NCBI GenBank assembly: GCA_038087875.1
Contig: CM075988.1
Location: 16,990,001 to 17,054,000, forward strand
Source: Malacoraja senta
Taxonomy: Eukaryota
DNA: 64,000 nucleotides
Direction: 5' to 3'
Made by a program: the position numbers and the translations under genes. The first letter of the stretch is position 1, and the number at the start of each line of letters is the position of its first letter. Under the pieces are notes generated by a model. That model saw only the letters and a program-made list of their open reading frames with translations. It had not been told where the DNA came from and did no database searches. Below, piece after piece: positions 52,488-64,000 of this stretch.

Positions 52488-52554
52488 CTTGCAGAAACAT
52501 ATCCCAACCCACTCACAGTAGGTGTTGGTTTTCCACTGAGGGTTGGTCTTCCTC
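52488..52554 (-). CDS. CEP164: CEP164 coding exon GGRPTLSGKPTPTVSGLGYVSA(S)
   Basis: Matches CEP164 ...LGYMSAS; tgacag acceptor, AG|gtacaa donor; 67 nt, phase 1/2. Confidence 0.88.
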
Positions 52555-54097
52555 CTGTCACAAGGGAACATTAAAAAAAAGCAATAAACACATGAATTCA
52601 AGTTGATTTTCCAATTCTAAATGAAACCCAGGTTTTATTAATTCTCATTAACATTTTTTTCACCAAAGTTAGTGCTGTTTATAAATTCACCCACAGCTTG
52701 CAATATTAAATAGACAGCAACACAGTCCACTCAGAAATTCTTTCAGCTGAAGTCAGTGGAGTGGCTTGGAGGCAGAACGTAGCAAACTGACGCAGCAAGA
52801 TTGTGATTTTAGCAACATTGCTTAGGCTGAATTTCTGGGCATGATTACTTTCTCCACACATTCCCCAATTGATTCTTTCTTTTACACATCATGTCCAGTT
52901 CAAAGGGATGGCAGATGAGCTGCCATTATGCGTTTCCCCTTGTATTTCCAATTGGTAATTAAGTAGCATTGCACCAGGTCACTGTCAGAGATACAGACTT
53001 TCATAGAGAAGGCAAGGTAAATCAGAAGGTGATGATTCAATTTTGACAGCTTTTATTGCCCTATTAATGTCAATGGAAGGAAAACCTTGGCATTGCATTG
53101 ATTTTGCATGTCCTGGGCTAAGAGGCTCTGCCATGGGAATTTAAAAATGTAACCAGAGGTTTTTGCTTCAATAACCTCTGCAGTACTTAATATTACAATA
53201 TTGCTTTATGTTATTCAAGGGGAAAAGATCACCTTCATTCTTCCTTTGATGACATTTAGTTCATGTTCAGAATTCGTGATTCACCCATTTGTGAAAGGAT
53301 TCTTTCACTACTTTGTCAAAATGAATCTTAAAACCTCTTAAAACAAAAGACAGGAAAATAAAGCCTTTTAAAAAGGAAGTCTTTTAAATCAGGACACAAA
53401 GTGCTGGAGGAACTCAGTACGTCGGCCGGGCAGCACCTGGGGAGGGAATGGACAAATTACTCTTCTTCAGATTGATTCGAAGAGTCCCAACCCAAAACAT
53501 TGTCCATTCCGTCGACAGATGCTGCCTGACCCTCCGAGTTCCTCCAACGCTTTGTGCTTTGCTCAAGATTCCAGCATTTGCAGTTCCTCGTGCCTCATCA
53601 GCCTTTCAAATCACTTTGTTGCACATTCATTATCACGGAGGTCAGTAAGATTCTTGGATTGTTTAATTTGCATCGACAAAATCTAACTTAAGCACATATA
53701 AATTCAACATTGCATTACAATAATGATTGAGGTACACGATAGATTAAAAAATATGGATTATGTTGGTTGGAACTAGAATGGATCTGGAAACTGGGGAAAC
53801 ATGGAATCTTTTCAAATAAAGTAATAAAAGAACAGGTGCATGCCCATCATTACCAATACATTTTTCCCCTCTGAACATGGAAACACTTGCAGGGAACGCA
53901 CAAAATGACCCACATTTAAATAACATATTTCATCTCTCTGAACACCAAAACACTTTACAGCCAGGGTAGTACTTTTGAGGGTAGCTGCCAAAAAACATCA
54001 ACATAAAAAGTGCCCTCAAACTGCACATAATGACCATCAAATCCACTCCAGAGACATTGATCGAGAGATAATAACCCCACGTGATTAAGGATTAAGA

Positions 54098-54327
54098 ATA
54101 GAAACATAGTAAATAGGTGCCGGAGTAGGCCATTCGGCCCTTCGAGCCTGCACCGCCATTCAATATGATCATGGCTGATCATCCAACTCAGTATCCTGTA
54201 CCTGCCTTCTCTCCATACCCCCTGATCCCTTTAGCCCCAAGGGCCACATCTAACTCCCTCTTAAATATAGCCAATGAACTGGCCTCAACTACCTTCTGTG
54301 GCAGAGAATTCCACAGATTCACCACTC
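54098..54327 (-). mobile_element. CR1 3' fragment (another at 56122-56340, minus strand)
   Basis: Reverse complement of the 10576-10816 type end. Confidence 0.88.
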
Positions 54328-54539
54328 TTTCACAGAATGCACCGCAGATGCTGGAATCTCACACAATGTGCTGGAGTAACTCAGCGGGTCAGGCCACATC
54401 TCCAGAGGACATGGATAGGCAATGTTGCAGGTTGGGACCTTTCTTCAGAGTGATTGCAGTTGGGCGGAGAAAGCTCGAAAAGAGGTAGGGGAAGTGATCT
54501 ATTGTGATAGGTAATGGGGGGGGGGGGGATTTCTTCCTT

Positions 54540-54655
54540 TGGTTCTTCAAAATAGTGCTGTAGGATCCTTTTACGTCCATGTAAGAATGCGAGAGCGCAG
54601 GCCAGATATCAGTCAAGATGTCTCACACAAAAGACAGTTCAGACCCCCACACAAC
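54540..54655 (-). mobile_element. Probable ancient Deu-domain SINE remnant; similar remnants at ~2105-2235 and ~15050-15230
   Basis: cttcaaaatagtgctgtaggatccttttacgtcca resembles the recalled DeuSINE/SacSINE core; orientation and boundaries uncertain. Confidence 0.4.
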
Positions 54656-54703
54656 CTCAAACAAGAACATAACATGAATAATAAAAAACGGGTAACATCT
54701 GAC

Positions 54704-55057
54704 CTGGGAAGTACTTGCGCCACCTCTCACTTAACGCATCGTCCAGAGATTGAGCAGCGGGATGGTGGAATGGGGCAGTTGTGCCTCTGTTCCAGGTCCA
54801 TTGCGAAGACAAGGGAGCGGTGTTGGGAGCAAACAGTGACCCACTCGTCTGGGAATCATACATCGACAGAGGCACACTGCATCCAGGAGCTGGGACGGTA
54901 AAAGCCTGTGCTGTGGAGAAAGCCGGCGATTGCTGCATTCCCATTGATCCGAGAACAGAAAGTACACTGTTAAGGTCGTACGTAATTTTCTGAATGGACT
55001 CGCTGAGGTACTGCATGTTGGCATGCTGAGCAAAGGGCCACTCTGACATCAACTCTG
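54704..55057 (-). CDS. CEP164: CEP164 coding exon ELMSEW...LSESIQKITYDLNSVLSVL...QWTWN...DDALSERWRKYFP
   Basis: Matches CEP164 LSHSLRQISSQLSSVLSIL...QWAW...DDFLLEKWRKYFP; tatacag acceptor (NAGNAG), G|gtcaga donor; 354 nt, phase 1/1. Confidence 0.92.
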
Positions 55058-57255
55058 CTGTATAAAGAGGTCAGACCAAAAAGTGAGGCAAACTTACATG
55101 GCACACATACAGATACAAATGTACTATAGCTCCTAATAATTTGCACAAAGGCACAATTGGATTGAAGGCGAAAGATCTAATAGGAATCTGAGGGGCATCT
55201 TTTTCATGGTGGGTATATAGAACGAGCTGCCAATAGAGGTAGTTGAGGCAGGTATTATGACAACATTTAATAGATATTTGGGCAGGTACATGGATAGGAA
55301 AGGTTTAGAGGGATATCGGCCAAAAGCGGGCAGGTGGAACACGCGTAGATGCGGCAGCATGGTTGGCAAGGGCACATTGGGTCAAAGGGCCTGACAATTA
55401 CAAAAGATCGATGGTTTCGAGACCACTACCTGTGATAAATTAATGGATCACTGGTGCTTCACAGTTTTTCATGCTGCGCTGGGTTTATTTGAGGAAACCA
55501 TCAGGTTACCTCCATCTCATTCCTCCAGAAGCCAAGTTCATGATCGTTAATGTCAGCCGAGAGTAGGATTAGTATGCTGCAATGTTCTCTCACAGTCAAA
55601 TCATCTTGTAGGTGCCATTATTAGTGCTCAGCGTGGAACTTGCTATTGACAGCAGTTCAGCCTCAGTGATGACTTTTTTGAAGAGTACTAAACCAAAGTC
55701 AATTAGAAAGTCCAGGGAGCATAGTGCAGATTATACATTATCAATGTCATTGGGAGGTGGTGGACCATGCACGTATAATCATCATAGAGAAAGGGGTATG
55801 TGCTGCTTTCCTTAAAAGTAGCTACTTTGAAACTTGACATCACTGTAACCAGATGCGAATAGTTGTGACAATATCAACATCAAAACTCAGTAAGTTGTGC
55901 TATTAACATAATACCTATGGTGAAATGGCCTTTCAACAGTATGAACTACTCTTGGATAGCTTACCAATAAAGTGTTCATCCAATATCATCTCTCATCTAT
56001 TATAGTTCTCCCACTTGCAAGCCAACTGTTACAGGCTACCACTAATCCCAATTGACATCTACTGATGTCATTTACTGGCACCACAAGAGCTCACAGCAGG
56101 AGAATTATGCCTTTTAAAAGACAGATAGACAATAGGTGCAGGAGTAGGCCATTCGGCCCTTAGGGCCAGCACCGCCGTTCAATGTGATCATGGCTGATCA
56201 TCCACAATCAGTACCCCGTTCCTGCTTTCTCCCCATATCCCCTGACTCCGCTATCTTTAAGAGCCCTATCAAGCTCTCTCTTGAAAGTATCCAGGGAACT
56301 GGCCTCCACCACCCCTTGAGGCAGATAATTCCACAGATATATGAAAAGGAAGGGTTTAGAGGGCTAATGGGTAAATGCAGTCAAATTAGATCTAATTCTT
56401 TATGCCAACCTGGTCGGCATGCACAAGGTGGGCCGAAGGGCCTATTTCCTTGCGGTACAGCTCGATGACACGTGTACAATCTGTGTTTCAAACCCAATCC
56501 TTTGATAAATCACAACGATACATAAATTTTGGTTTTCATGCACTCGATTCTGGTTGGTTTATAAATATTTGATTCAGTAATTGCTGTCCAATAGATTGTT
56601 TGTTACATTTTAACTGAAATAAGAATGTAGGAATCACAAAAAAATAATACAAGCACAAAAACCCAGAGAGAGGAAAAAAGAAGCCCTTTAAAAAAAAAAG
56701 TGGAATTGGAATTCACTGCTTGTCTGTTTCTCAGAGCAGTCAAAGCCATCAGGGAGCTTCCTATCCTGCCTGATCGACCAAACATAGGTTTGTTCTATGT
56801 GTAACCTTGGCCCCACATATTAACCCACACAAATTACTTAAGGCTGGATATACGCTCCTACAGCAAAACAGGTCATTATTCATGGTTGGGGAAAGGTATA
56901 AGGGCAATAAAGGAAAAATGATAAGGTAAACGAGTTATGAAAAAGTGATCATGCCACAGATTTACACAAAGCATGTAAGGAGACACAAGAGAACCACAAA
57001 TTAGAATTAGCAGAGAGAAACCAATGCTGGAAATCTAAAGCAAGAAGAAATGTTGTAAATACTTGACTAGGTCAGGATTTGTGAAGATCAAAGCAGAGTT
57101 TTAACTTGTTAGCCTTTCATCAGACAGGTCCTTAAGCCAAAACGGCATCTCCATTTCTCTCGTCATTAATGCTCGCTGCTCGTCGAGTATTTCCAGCATT
57201 TTGTTTTAAACAGCAGAGGAAATATTATTTAATGTAGACCTGGTAAGATGCTCAC

Positions 57256-57370
57256 TTTTCTGCTGAGGAAAGTCAATGCTGACCATGCTGCTGACATCAT
57301 CGGAGTCTGTAAGGTCAAAGGTGACAGCTTTCTTGCCCTCTGTGGCTTTTGGCGAGTCTTCATCTGAAAG
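57256..57370 (-). CDS. CEP164: CEP164 coding exon LSDEDSPKATEGKKAVTFDLTDSDDVSSMVSIDFPQQK
   Basis: KKAVTFDL motif as in CEP164; ttgttag acceptor, gtgagc donor; 115 nt, ends in phase 1. Confidence 0.92.
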
Positions 57371-58456
57371 CTAACAATGCAGAATGGTCAAATTGTCTCT
57401 GGAATCCAGTGCAGGATGGTATACAAAAATATAGTTTGTCTGGTGTGTTGAGTTAGCTGACCTTATCCAGGACAGCAGCTGATGTATGCTATCCCAGGGT
57501 CAGAGAAGGGACAACTTCTCTGACAAGGTCTATGATAACAAGGATAAAGAGTGTGACCAAAGTCCTGTCGTCACAAGGAGGACATTCTCCATTTTGTTAT
57601 TTGTCATAATACCAAAAGGATTGACAATAGATCTGGCAGCTCAAAACCAGGCAGCTATGAGGTTGCATGAATCATCATTAATATCAGCAATGTACACAAA
57701 CACAATCTATAATCGTCACTCTAATCATTACTATCAAGCCAGGTTCAACGAGGAGTGCAGACGGACATACTAAGAGCAGCATCAGACATCACTCAAAACA
57801 AGGTACCACACCAGTGAAGCTGCAACACAGGACCAACAGCAGCAGCATGCAGAGTTGCGCAGTCCAATCATCAACAGATCAGATTGAAGCTCAGCAGCTC
57901 CACCACATCTAGTCATGAATGGAGTGTACATTAATTTACACAGCTAACGAGACAACGTGGCGCTAACAATATTCCCATTCTCAGCAATGAAAGCAACCAG
58001 CATGAGTGCCAAGGACACTAATGCACCAGTAACCATGTTCAGCATAAATTCACTTCTTTGATTCACTCGATCTCATCACAGCCTTGGCCCACACGTGAAT
58101 CAAAGAAGCAAATTCAAGAACTGATATTGAATTCCCCAGCATTAGGTAACTTGCTCGCCCTTTCTGTTTATAATGAGACTGGCCAGTTAGCTTGCCGTTC
58201 GTGTCTCCCATTCTTATTTTGTTTGTTTATTCTGGTCTGCTGGGGATATTCCCCGAACTGCACATTTAATGACTATACTGTTTCACCTTACTGCAGATAC
58301 TCCCTTTGTTCTATCCCCTGTTCTCTCCACTTCGTCTCCTAGGCTAACTCACTTGTTTTATTTTTTCTTATGAAGGGTGTTCTTCAGATCTGATGAAGGG
58401 CCTTCAACCTGATATATTAACTATTTATTTCCCCACAGATCATGCTCGACCTGTTT

Positions 58457-59475
58457 AGCGTGGATAGAAAATTGACTGAGAGTCAGAAGGCAAAGAGTGG
58501 GAATTTTCTGTTTGGCTACCGGTGACTAATGGTGTTCCACAGGGGTTGGCGATGGGACTGCTACATTTCACGTTGTATATTAATGAATTGGATGATGGAA
58601 TTGATGGCTTTGTGGCCAGGATTGCGGATGATATGAATTTAAGTGAAAGGGCAAGTAGTGTAGAGGAAGCAGGGAGTCTGCAGAACGACTTGGACAGGTC
58701 GGGAAAGTGGGCAAAGAAGTGGCAGATGGAATACAGCGTAGTAAAGTGTGCAGTCAAGCAATTTGGTAGTGGGAATAAAAACGTAGACTATTTTCTAAAT
58801 GTGGAGAGGATTCAGAAATCAGAGGTGCAACAGGATTTGGGAGTGCTGGTGCAGGATTCCTATTAGGTTCATTTGCAGGTTAAATTGGTAGAATGGAAGG
58901 CAAATGCAATGTAAGCAGTCATTTCGAGAGGACTTGAATACAATAGAAGGGATGTAATTCTGTGGTATAAGGCACTGGTCAGACTGTATTTGGAGTATTG
59001 TGAGCAGTTTTGGGGCCCATATCTGAGGAGGGATGCCCTGGCATTGGAGAGGGTTCTGAAATGTTTATAGGAATGATCCCAGGGATGATTAGATTAACGT
59101 TTGATGCGTGATTGACAACAATGAGCCTATATTCGCTGGAATTTAGAAGGATGAGGGGGCAATCTCATTGAAACTTACTGAATAGTGAAAGGCCTGGATT
59201 GAGTGGATCCAGAGAGGATTTTTTTAACTAGTGGGAGATTCTAGGAGCAGAAGGCACAGACTCAGAATAAAAGGATGTACCTGGAGAAAGATGAGGAGGA
59301 ATTTATTTAGCCAAACGATGGTGAATCTGTGGAATTGATTGCCAGACGGCTGTCGAGGTTATGGGGAGAAGGAAGGGGAATGGGGTTGAGAGGGAAAGGT
59401 AGATTAGTCATGATTGAATGGCAGAGTAGACGTGATGGGCCGAATGGCCTAATTCTGCTCCAATAACTTATGAAC
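58457..59475 (+). mobile_element. CR1 LINE RT/3' fragment, degraded
   Basis: GVPQGLAMGLLHFTLYINELDDG..ADD motif. Confidence 0.88.
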
Positions 59476-59629
59476 CCAAGCACAAATCACTATGCACAAC
59501 ACTTGTAAATATTGCCAACGAGAAAAAGACCCATTTGTGCCTTCACTGTGTTTCCTGTTAGCCAGCCAATATTTTAATCTTGCCATTGTGTTACCTTCTA
59601 CACCAGGAGCTTTGATTTTCCACAAACTC

Positions 59630-60105
59630 TCCACTTGTCATGCTGAGTGCACCTCCAAACATTTGCAAGAAGCTGGACACCATCCAGAACAGAGTAATCT
59701 GCTTGATTGGCATCCAGTCCACCCTAAACTTCCAGTCTGTCCATCGCCACAGGCCAGAAGCTGCCGTCTATAAACCCACTGTAATTATATCCCCAGCATC
59801 TCCCAAATCTGCAACCATCAAAAAGAAAAGGCAGCACATGCACGTGAATAACCCACTCCCCCAGCATGATTACTTTCCAGTCGCACATTAACCTGATTTG
59901 GAAATATACTGCCATTCCCTCATTATGGTTAGGTTTAACTCCTTGAACTCCCTCCCAGCAGTTCTGTGGAAGCACAGTTCCAAAAGAACTGCAGTGGTTC
60001 AGTGCTCATAGTTTTCACTTTTCTAAATGACAATTCAGGATGGGCAATAATTGCTGGCCTAGCCAAAAAAGCATACATCTTGAACAACAATTTGATTAAA
60101 ATAAA
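59630..60105 (+). mobile_element. Ancient CR1/L2-like LINE 3' fragment. Related remnants probably at ~15685-15930 (minus) and ~57530-58040
   Basis: KKLDTIQNRVICLIG remnant; 3' UTR resembling old chondrichthyan LINEs, from recall. Confidence 0.5.
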
Positions 60106-60247
60106 GAAACAGGATTTGTCCTCAGAGGTACACTCCCATGGGAGGCCTGTGCTTGCATTTAGTAGTCCTCCCTTATCTAGGTGTCAGGGAGTGAACAGCT
60201 ACCCTTGGCCTCCTGACTCTATAGAGGATTTCTCCAATTAAACCCAC

Positions 60248-60355
60248 CCCTTCTGCAAAAGACGACTCCAGCTGATTTAATTTTTCTTCCTTCTTTCGTA
60301 GCAACTCCTGTCCCTTCTTCATCGTTAACTTCATTTCATCCAGATGCCGGGCTTC
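60248..60355 (-). CDS. CEP164: CEP164 coding exon [36 protein letters not shown]
   Basis: Matches CEP164 [33 protein letters not shown]; tttag acceptor and gtgggt donor; 108 nt, phase 0/0. Confidence 0.93.
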
Positions 60356-60950
60356 CTAAAGCAACACAGAAGAACAGGAGCAATGAGACAGGCACCCAAG
60401 CAAGAGGATACAAAGCACTTGCAAGATATTCACAGCTATAGAGAAACCTGCACTATTGGCAATCATTTTTCCAAATCACGGTCGTCGTAATGTGGCAAAT
60501 TTGTTGACCAATACCAAAGAAGGTCCATGCAACTTCAGGTGACATTTAGTCACCAAAAAAATCAGGTTCAAAACTTATCTCAATGTTAGTCTAGCCACAT
60601 CTATTAGAATAGTACATACCTTGCTAGAGTGAGATTAGATACTGAGGATAAAACTACAAGCAATATTACTTGTTGAAATTGATTGGACTTACAACCAGAA
60701 AATGTTTATTTGACAAGGTTACCATAAGGTTACCAATGGCTGTGAGATCTTACAAAAGTAAAGCTGAAAAGAGATTGAGATGTAAAATGCGAACTTTAAG
60801 AAGATCCTGATTTTGATTGGTTAAACATGTCAGAAATGTATATTATTCTCCCAAAAGATATTCTAATCTATTATTAATGTATAAAATGCGAAGAAGGAAG
60901 AGCTTCCTTTATCATAAGATGGGGCCTCTGTGCATTTCTGAATTCCTCAC

Positions 60951-61158
60951 CTGATCCAGGTTTTTCCAGACATCCTGCAGAATCTGTGAGCTCTCTGGGT
61001 CCTGCACCTGGTCTTGTGCTTTCCTCATGTCATGCCTCCACTGCTGCTTGGCTGACTTGAGCGTTGTCTGTCGCTTCCTCAGGGAGCGGGTCTGTTTCAC
61101 GAGGAACTCCTTGGCTTTATTGATAGACAGCCCTTCCGCGGAGATATAGTATCGTACA
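60951..61158 (-). CDS. CEP164: CEP164 coding exon VRYYISAEGLSINKAKEFLVKQTRSLRKRQTTLKSAKQQWRHDM...WKNLDQ
   Basis: Strongly resembles the recalled vertebrate CEP164 segment [40 protein letters not shown]; tttgacag acceptor, CAG|gtgagg donor; 208 nt. Confidence 0.93.
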
Positions 61159-61187
61159 CTGTCAAAGATAAATGAGCCAGTCATTTT

Positions 61188-61674
61188 TTTAATTTTTTTT
61201 TTTTTTTTTTTAGAAGTATTTTACATTACAGTAATCTGCAATAACATAAATGTATACAGTTCTTGTACCACTTCTGTTTTTCAACTTTAATAGAAAAGAA
61301 GAATAGAAAGAAATAGCAAGGACAGTCAGTGAGTGAATGAAAAAGTGGCCCAGGAACACACATGTGAACCTAAACCACAAGAAGTGGTTAAAGAAGAAAA
61401 GAAAAAAAGAGAAAAAAGAAAATAAGATAGGACAATATGAAAGGGATGTACCTACTTCTTATCTTTACTCACCCCTCGCCAGGTCCTAAAACCATTTATT
61501 ATCAACATTTTGTTGCACCCTATGTTTGTAATAAGTCGATATATGGAGACCAAATCTTTTGGAATTGGTCTTGTTTACCTGCTAGGAGGAATCTCATATC
61601 TTCTAGATGTAACAATTCCGACATATTAGAAGTCCACATTTTTATTGTTGGCGTAGGAGCATTTTTCCAAAATT
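61188..61674 (-). mobile_element. 5'-truncated L1-clade LINE with poly(A) tail and 16-bp TSD
   Basis: Minus strand encodes FWKNAPTPTIKMWTSNMSELLHLEDMRFLLAGKQDQFQKIWSPYIDLLQT* (fish L1 ORF2-like C-terminus); T-run 61188-61211; TSD atgagccagtcatttt at 61172-61187 and 61675-61690. Confidence 0.87.
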
Positions 61675-62635
61675 ATGAGCCAGTCATTTTAACTATTGAT
61701 TTAAATCAGTCAGCTTCAAATCTTTACAGGTCATAACTACTTTTTCTCCTGTTGTTCCTGAAATCAAGATTGTTCTCAACTTATCTTTTTCAGCAGTGAA
61801 AATCTCCACCGATCTCATGTCTATTAGTTTAGAGATACAGCATGGATACAGTCAGTTCAGCCCACCCAGTCTGCGCCAACCAGCGACCCCCAGACTAATT
61901 GTATCCTACACACTACGGACAATTTACAATTTTACCGAAGCCAATTAACCAACAAACCTGTACGTCTTCGGAATGTCTTCTCCCTGCTATATACAGACGG
62001 TTAAAATGACTTGATTACGCCTCATTCTAACTTCCTAATTTGGTTCATCTTCATTCCTAAAGACTGCCCAATGAGACTCAACTGTCATCTATTTAACATA
62101 TGGTGTGAACAATGCTGATTGTCAGAAACATAGTCTTAGGGCATGAAAGAATAGAATGATGTTAACTCAATATCCAAGCATGTTATTACTGCAAATTGGT
62201 ACAGGCTCACTAAAATATCAAAATATGTGCCAACTTCCTGGAAATATTATCCTTTAGTTGATGCGGGAGAAAAACCTGTTGGTTGAATAGTTAATATGGC
62301 ATGTAGATACTGGCAATGGATAGTTGACGCTAGGTTCTCCCTCTGACAAAGTACGCAAAAGGGGGAAAATTCAAACTTTCCAACTATATTGATTGATGAT
62401 TGATTTATTCGTGTGAATTTTATTTAACTGTTTAAATATAAATTCTCCAGCTGTCAATATGGGATTCAAAACTCTTGTCTCTGGATGATTAGTCAAGGCC
62501 TCTGAATGTTCGGCCATTCATTTAACTACCATGCACCTCCAGTGTATACTATTAACCTTTTCATCATGCCAGAATGAAATAGTGTAAATTAAACAGGAAA
62601 AAATAACATACAAATATTGTATATTTTGCACATAC

Positions 62636-62697
62636 TTATCCACGCTGACTTGTTCATCCTCAGTTTTGGGAATGGGAGAGCTACTGTGATTCGGGTA
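62636..62697 (-). CDS. CEP164: CEP164 coding exon (first in window), YPNHSSSPIPKTEDEQVSVD(N)
   Basis: ctctgcag acceptor and gtatgt donor; 62 nt, ends in phase 2 and joins the next exon in frame (AA+T = Asn, then VRYYIS). Sequence similarity alone is weak. Confidence 0.75.
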
Positions 62698-64000
62698 CTG
62701 CAGAGTTAAACATAAATGAAAGGTAATCATTGTGCTTTAAAATTCGAGTAAATATTAATCAACTTGCAATTCAGCCAAATCAAAATAGGTGCTTTCCTGA
62801 AACACTAAAAGTAAATGGTTGATTTTGATAAACTAAGGATGAAGAAAGAACATTTTACCAGTTTGTTCATTTGTAATGATCAGCAGAAATAGAACACCTA
62901 ATAAAGTTGAGAACAAACTGCTGCAGGAACTCCAGTGGATGTGTTTTGCCATACCTGTGCCTTTTATTAAAAAGATGGAACCAGGCCCTTCAGCCCACCA
63001 AGTCCGCATAGACCATTAATCAGTGGAAGGAAATGGACAGACAAGCTTTGGGTTCCAGCATCTGCAGCCTCTGGTGTCTCCACCTCACAGTTATTTATTA
63101 TCCCAGTGTACAATTCCATAATTCTTCCAGGTTATCTAATTAGCTGGTGTACAAATTGATTAATACAATGCGGTTTATTTCTTTTCTGTTTAACTGTATT
63201 ATTTGCAGCATAAAGCTGCTCAAACTTGAGGAAAATCGACATTAATAAGACAATGTTACCCGGCAGTCCCTAAATGTGGATGATCTGGAAAATGTTAGAT
63301 GTTTCATAGTGAAGGGGGAATGGTTCTGTTTTTAACATCAGGGAAACGTTGCAGCAGCTTTGTCTCATCTCTGGCTGGAGTGCATGAAGCAGAAAGAGGC
63401 ACTGAGGGTGGAAATGCTTTAAGTTCCTGCAAGGACATTCTTGAAATGGAAAATAAAATGTAAATGCTGAAAATCAGAAATAAGAGGAGAAAACAGTGGA
63501 GCAGTTGGTGGAGCTGCTGCCTCACAGCGTCAGGGACCCGGGTTCGATCCTGACCTTGGGTGCTATTTGTGTACAGTTTGCAGGTTCTGCTGAGACCATG
63601 TGGGTTTTCGCCAGGTGCTCCAGATTCCTCCCACATTCCAAATACGTGTAGGTTAATTAGCTTCTGCAAATTGTCCCAAATGTGTAGAGAGTGGATGTGA
63701 AAGTGGGATATCATACAACTAGTGTGAACGAATGATCAATGGTCTATGTGGATTTGGTGGGCTGAAGGGCCCGTTTCCATGCAGTATCCTTCAATCAAAA
63801 GCGCAGGAAAAACGGAACACATTCTCATCTATAAAGATCTGATATATGTTTTTTTTAAATCACATTTTTAATTAATGATTCTACCATGAAATATTATTGC
63901 ACATCTCTATCTGGAATCTGGTGGATTTGCTTTTTGCAATAGCTCCTCTTTTTGGTAGAAAATAGCACTTGTCAAACAAAAGACACAAATAATCTGGTCT

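Noticed and set aside
63260..63440. Possible further CEP164 exon (end of ORF 63304-63714)
   Set aside because: It has an AG acceptor-like site, but no recognisable CEP164 similarity, stops before a good donor, and the ORF's N-terminal part is antisense SINE.
1..64000. CRISPR arrays or prokaryotic defence systems
   Set aside because: The DNA is eukaryotic; the repeats are dispersed transposons, not regular repeat-spacer arrays.

Overview
Vertebrate genomic DNA, very probably from a cartilaginous fish (skate or ray), judged by its HE1-type SINEs and HER1/CR1 LINEs. It is not prokaryotic, and most ORFs in the track are transposon debris. The only host gene I can support is the 3' part of CEP164 on the minus strand: 8 coding exons from 62697 down to the stop at 43512, 1134 nt, with consistent phases. 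Its last intron is a minor-spliceosome (U12-type) GT-AG intron. The rest is dense, nested repeats: CR1/HER1, Rex1/Babar and L1 fragments, HE1 SINEs, PIF/Harbinger-type MITEs with TTA TSDs, and Penelope-like fragments and fold-backs carrying minimal hammerhead motifs. The most interesting signal is a ~140-nt SINE-like family (copies at 25552, 30202 and 38124). Its 5' end is a 54-nt minimal HDV/CPEB3-like ribozyme fold starting exactly at the predicted cleavage site, followed by a stem-loop and an (AGA)n tail; two copies have clear TSDs. Repeat boundaries were read by eye and are approximate unless a TSD or TIR is quoted. There is a 200-N gap at 17323-17522.
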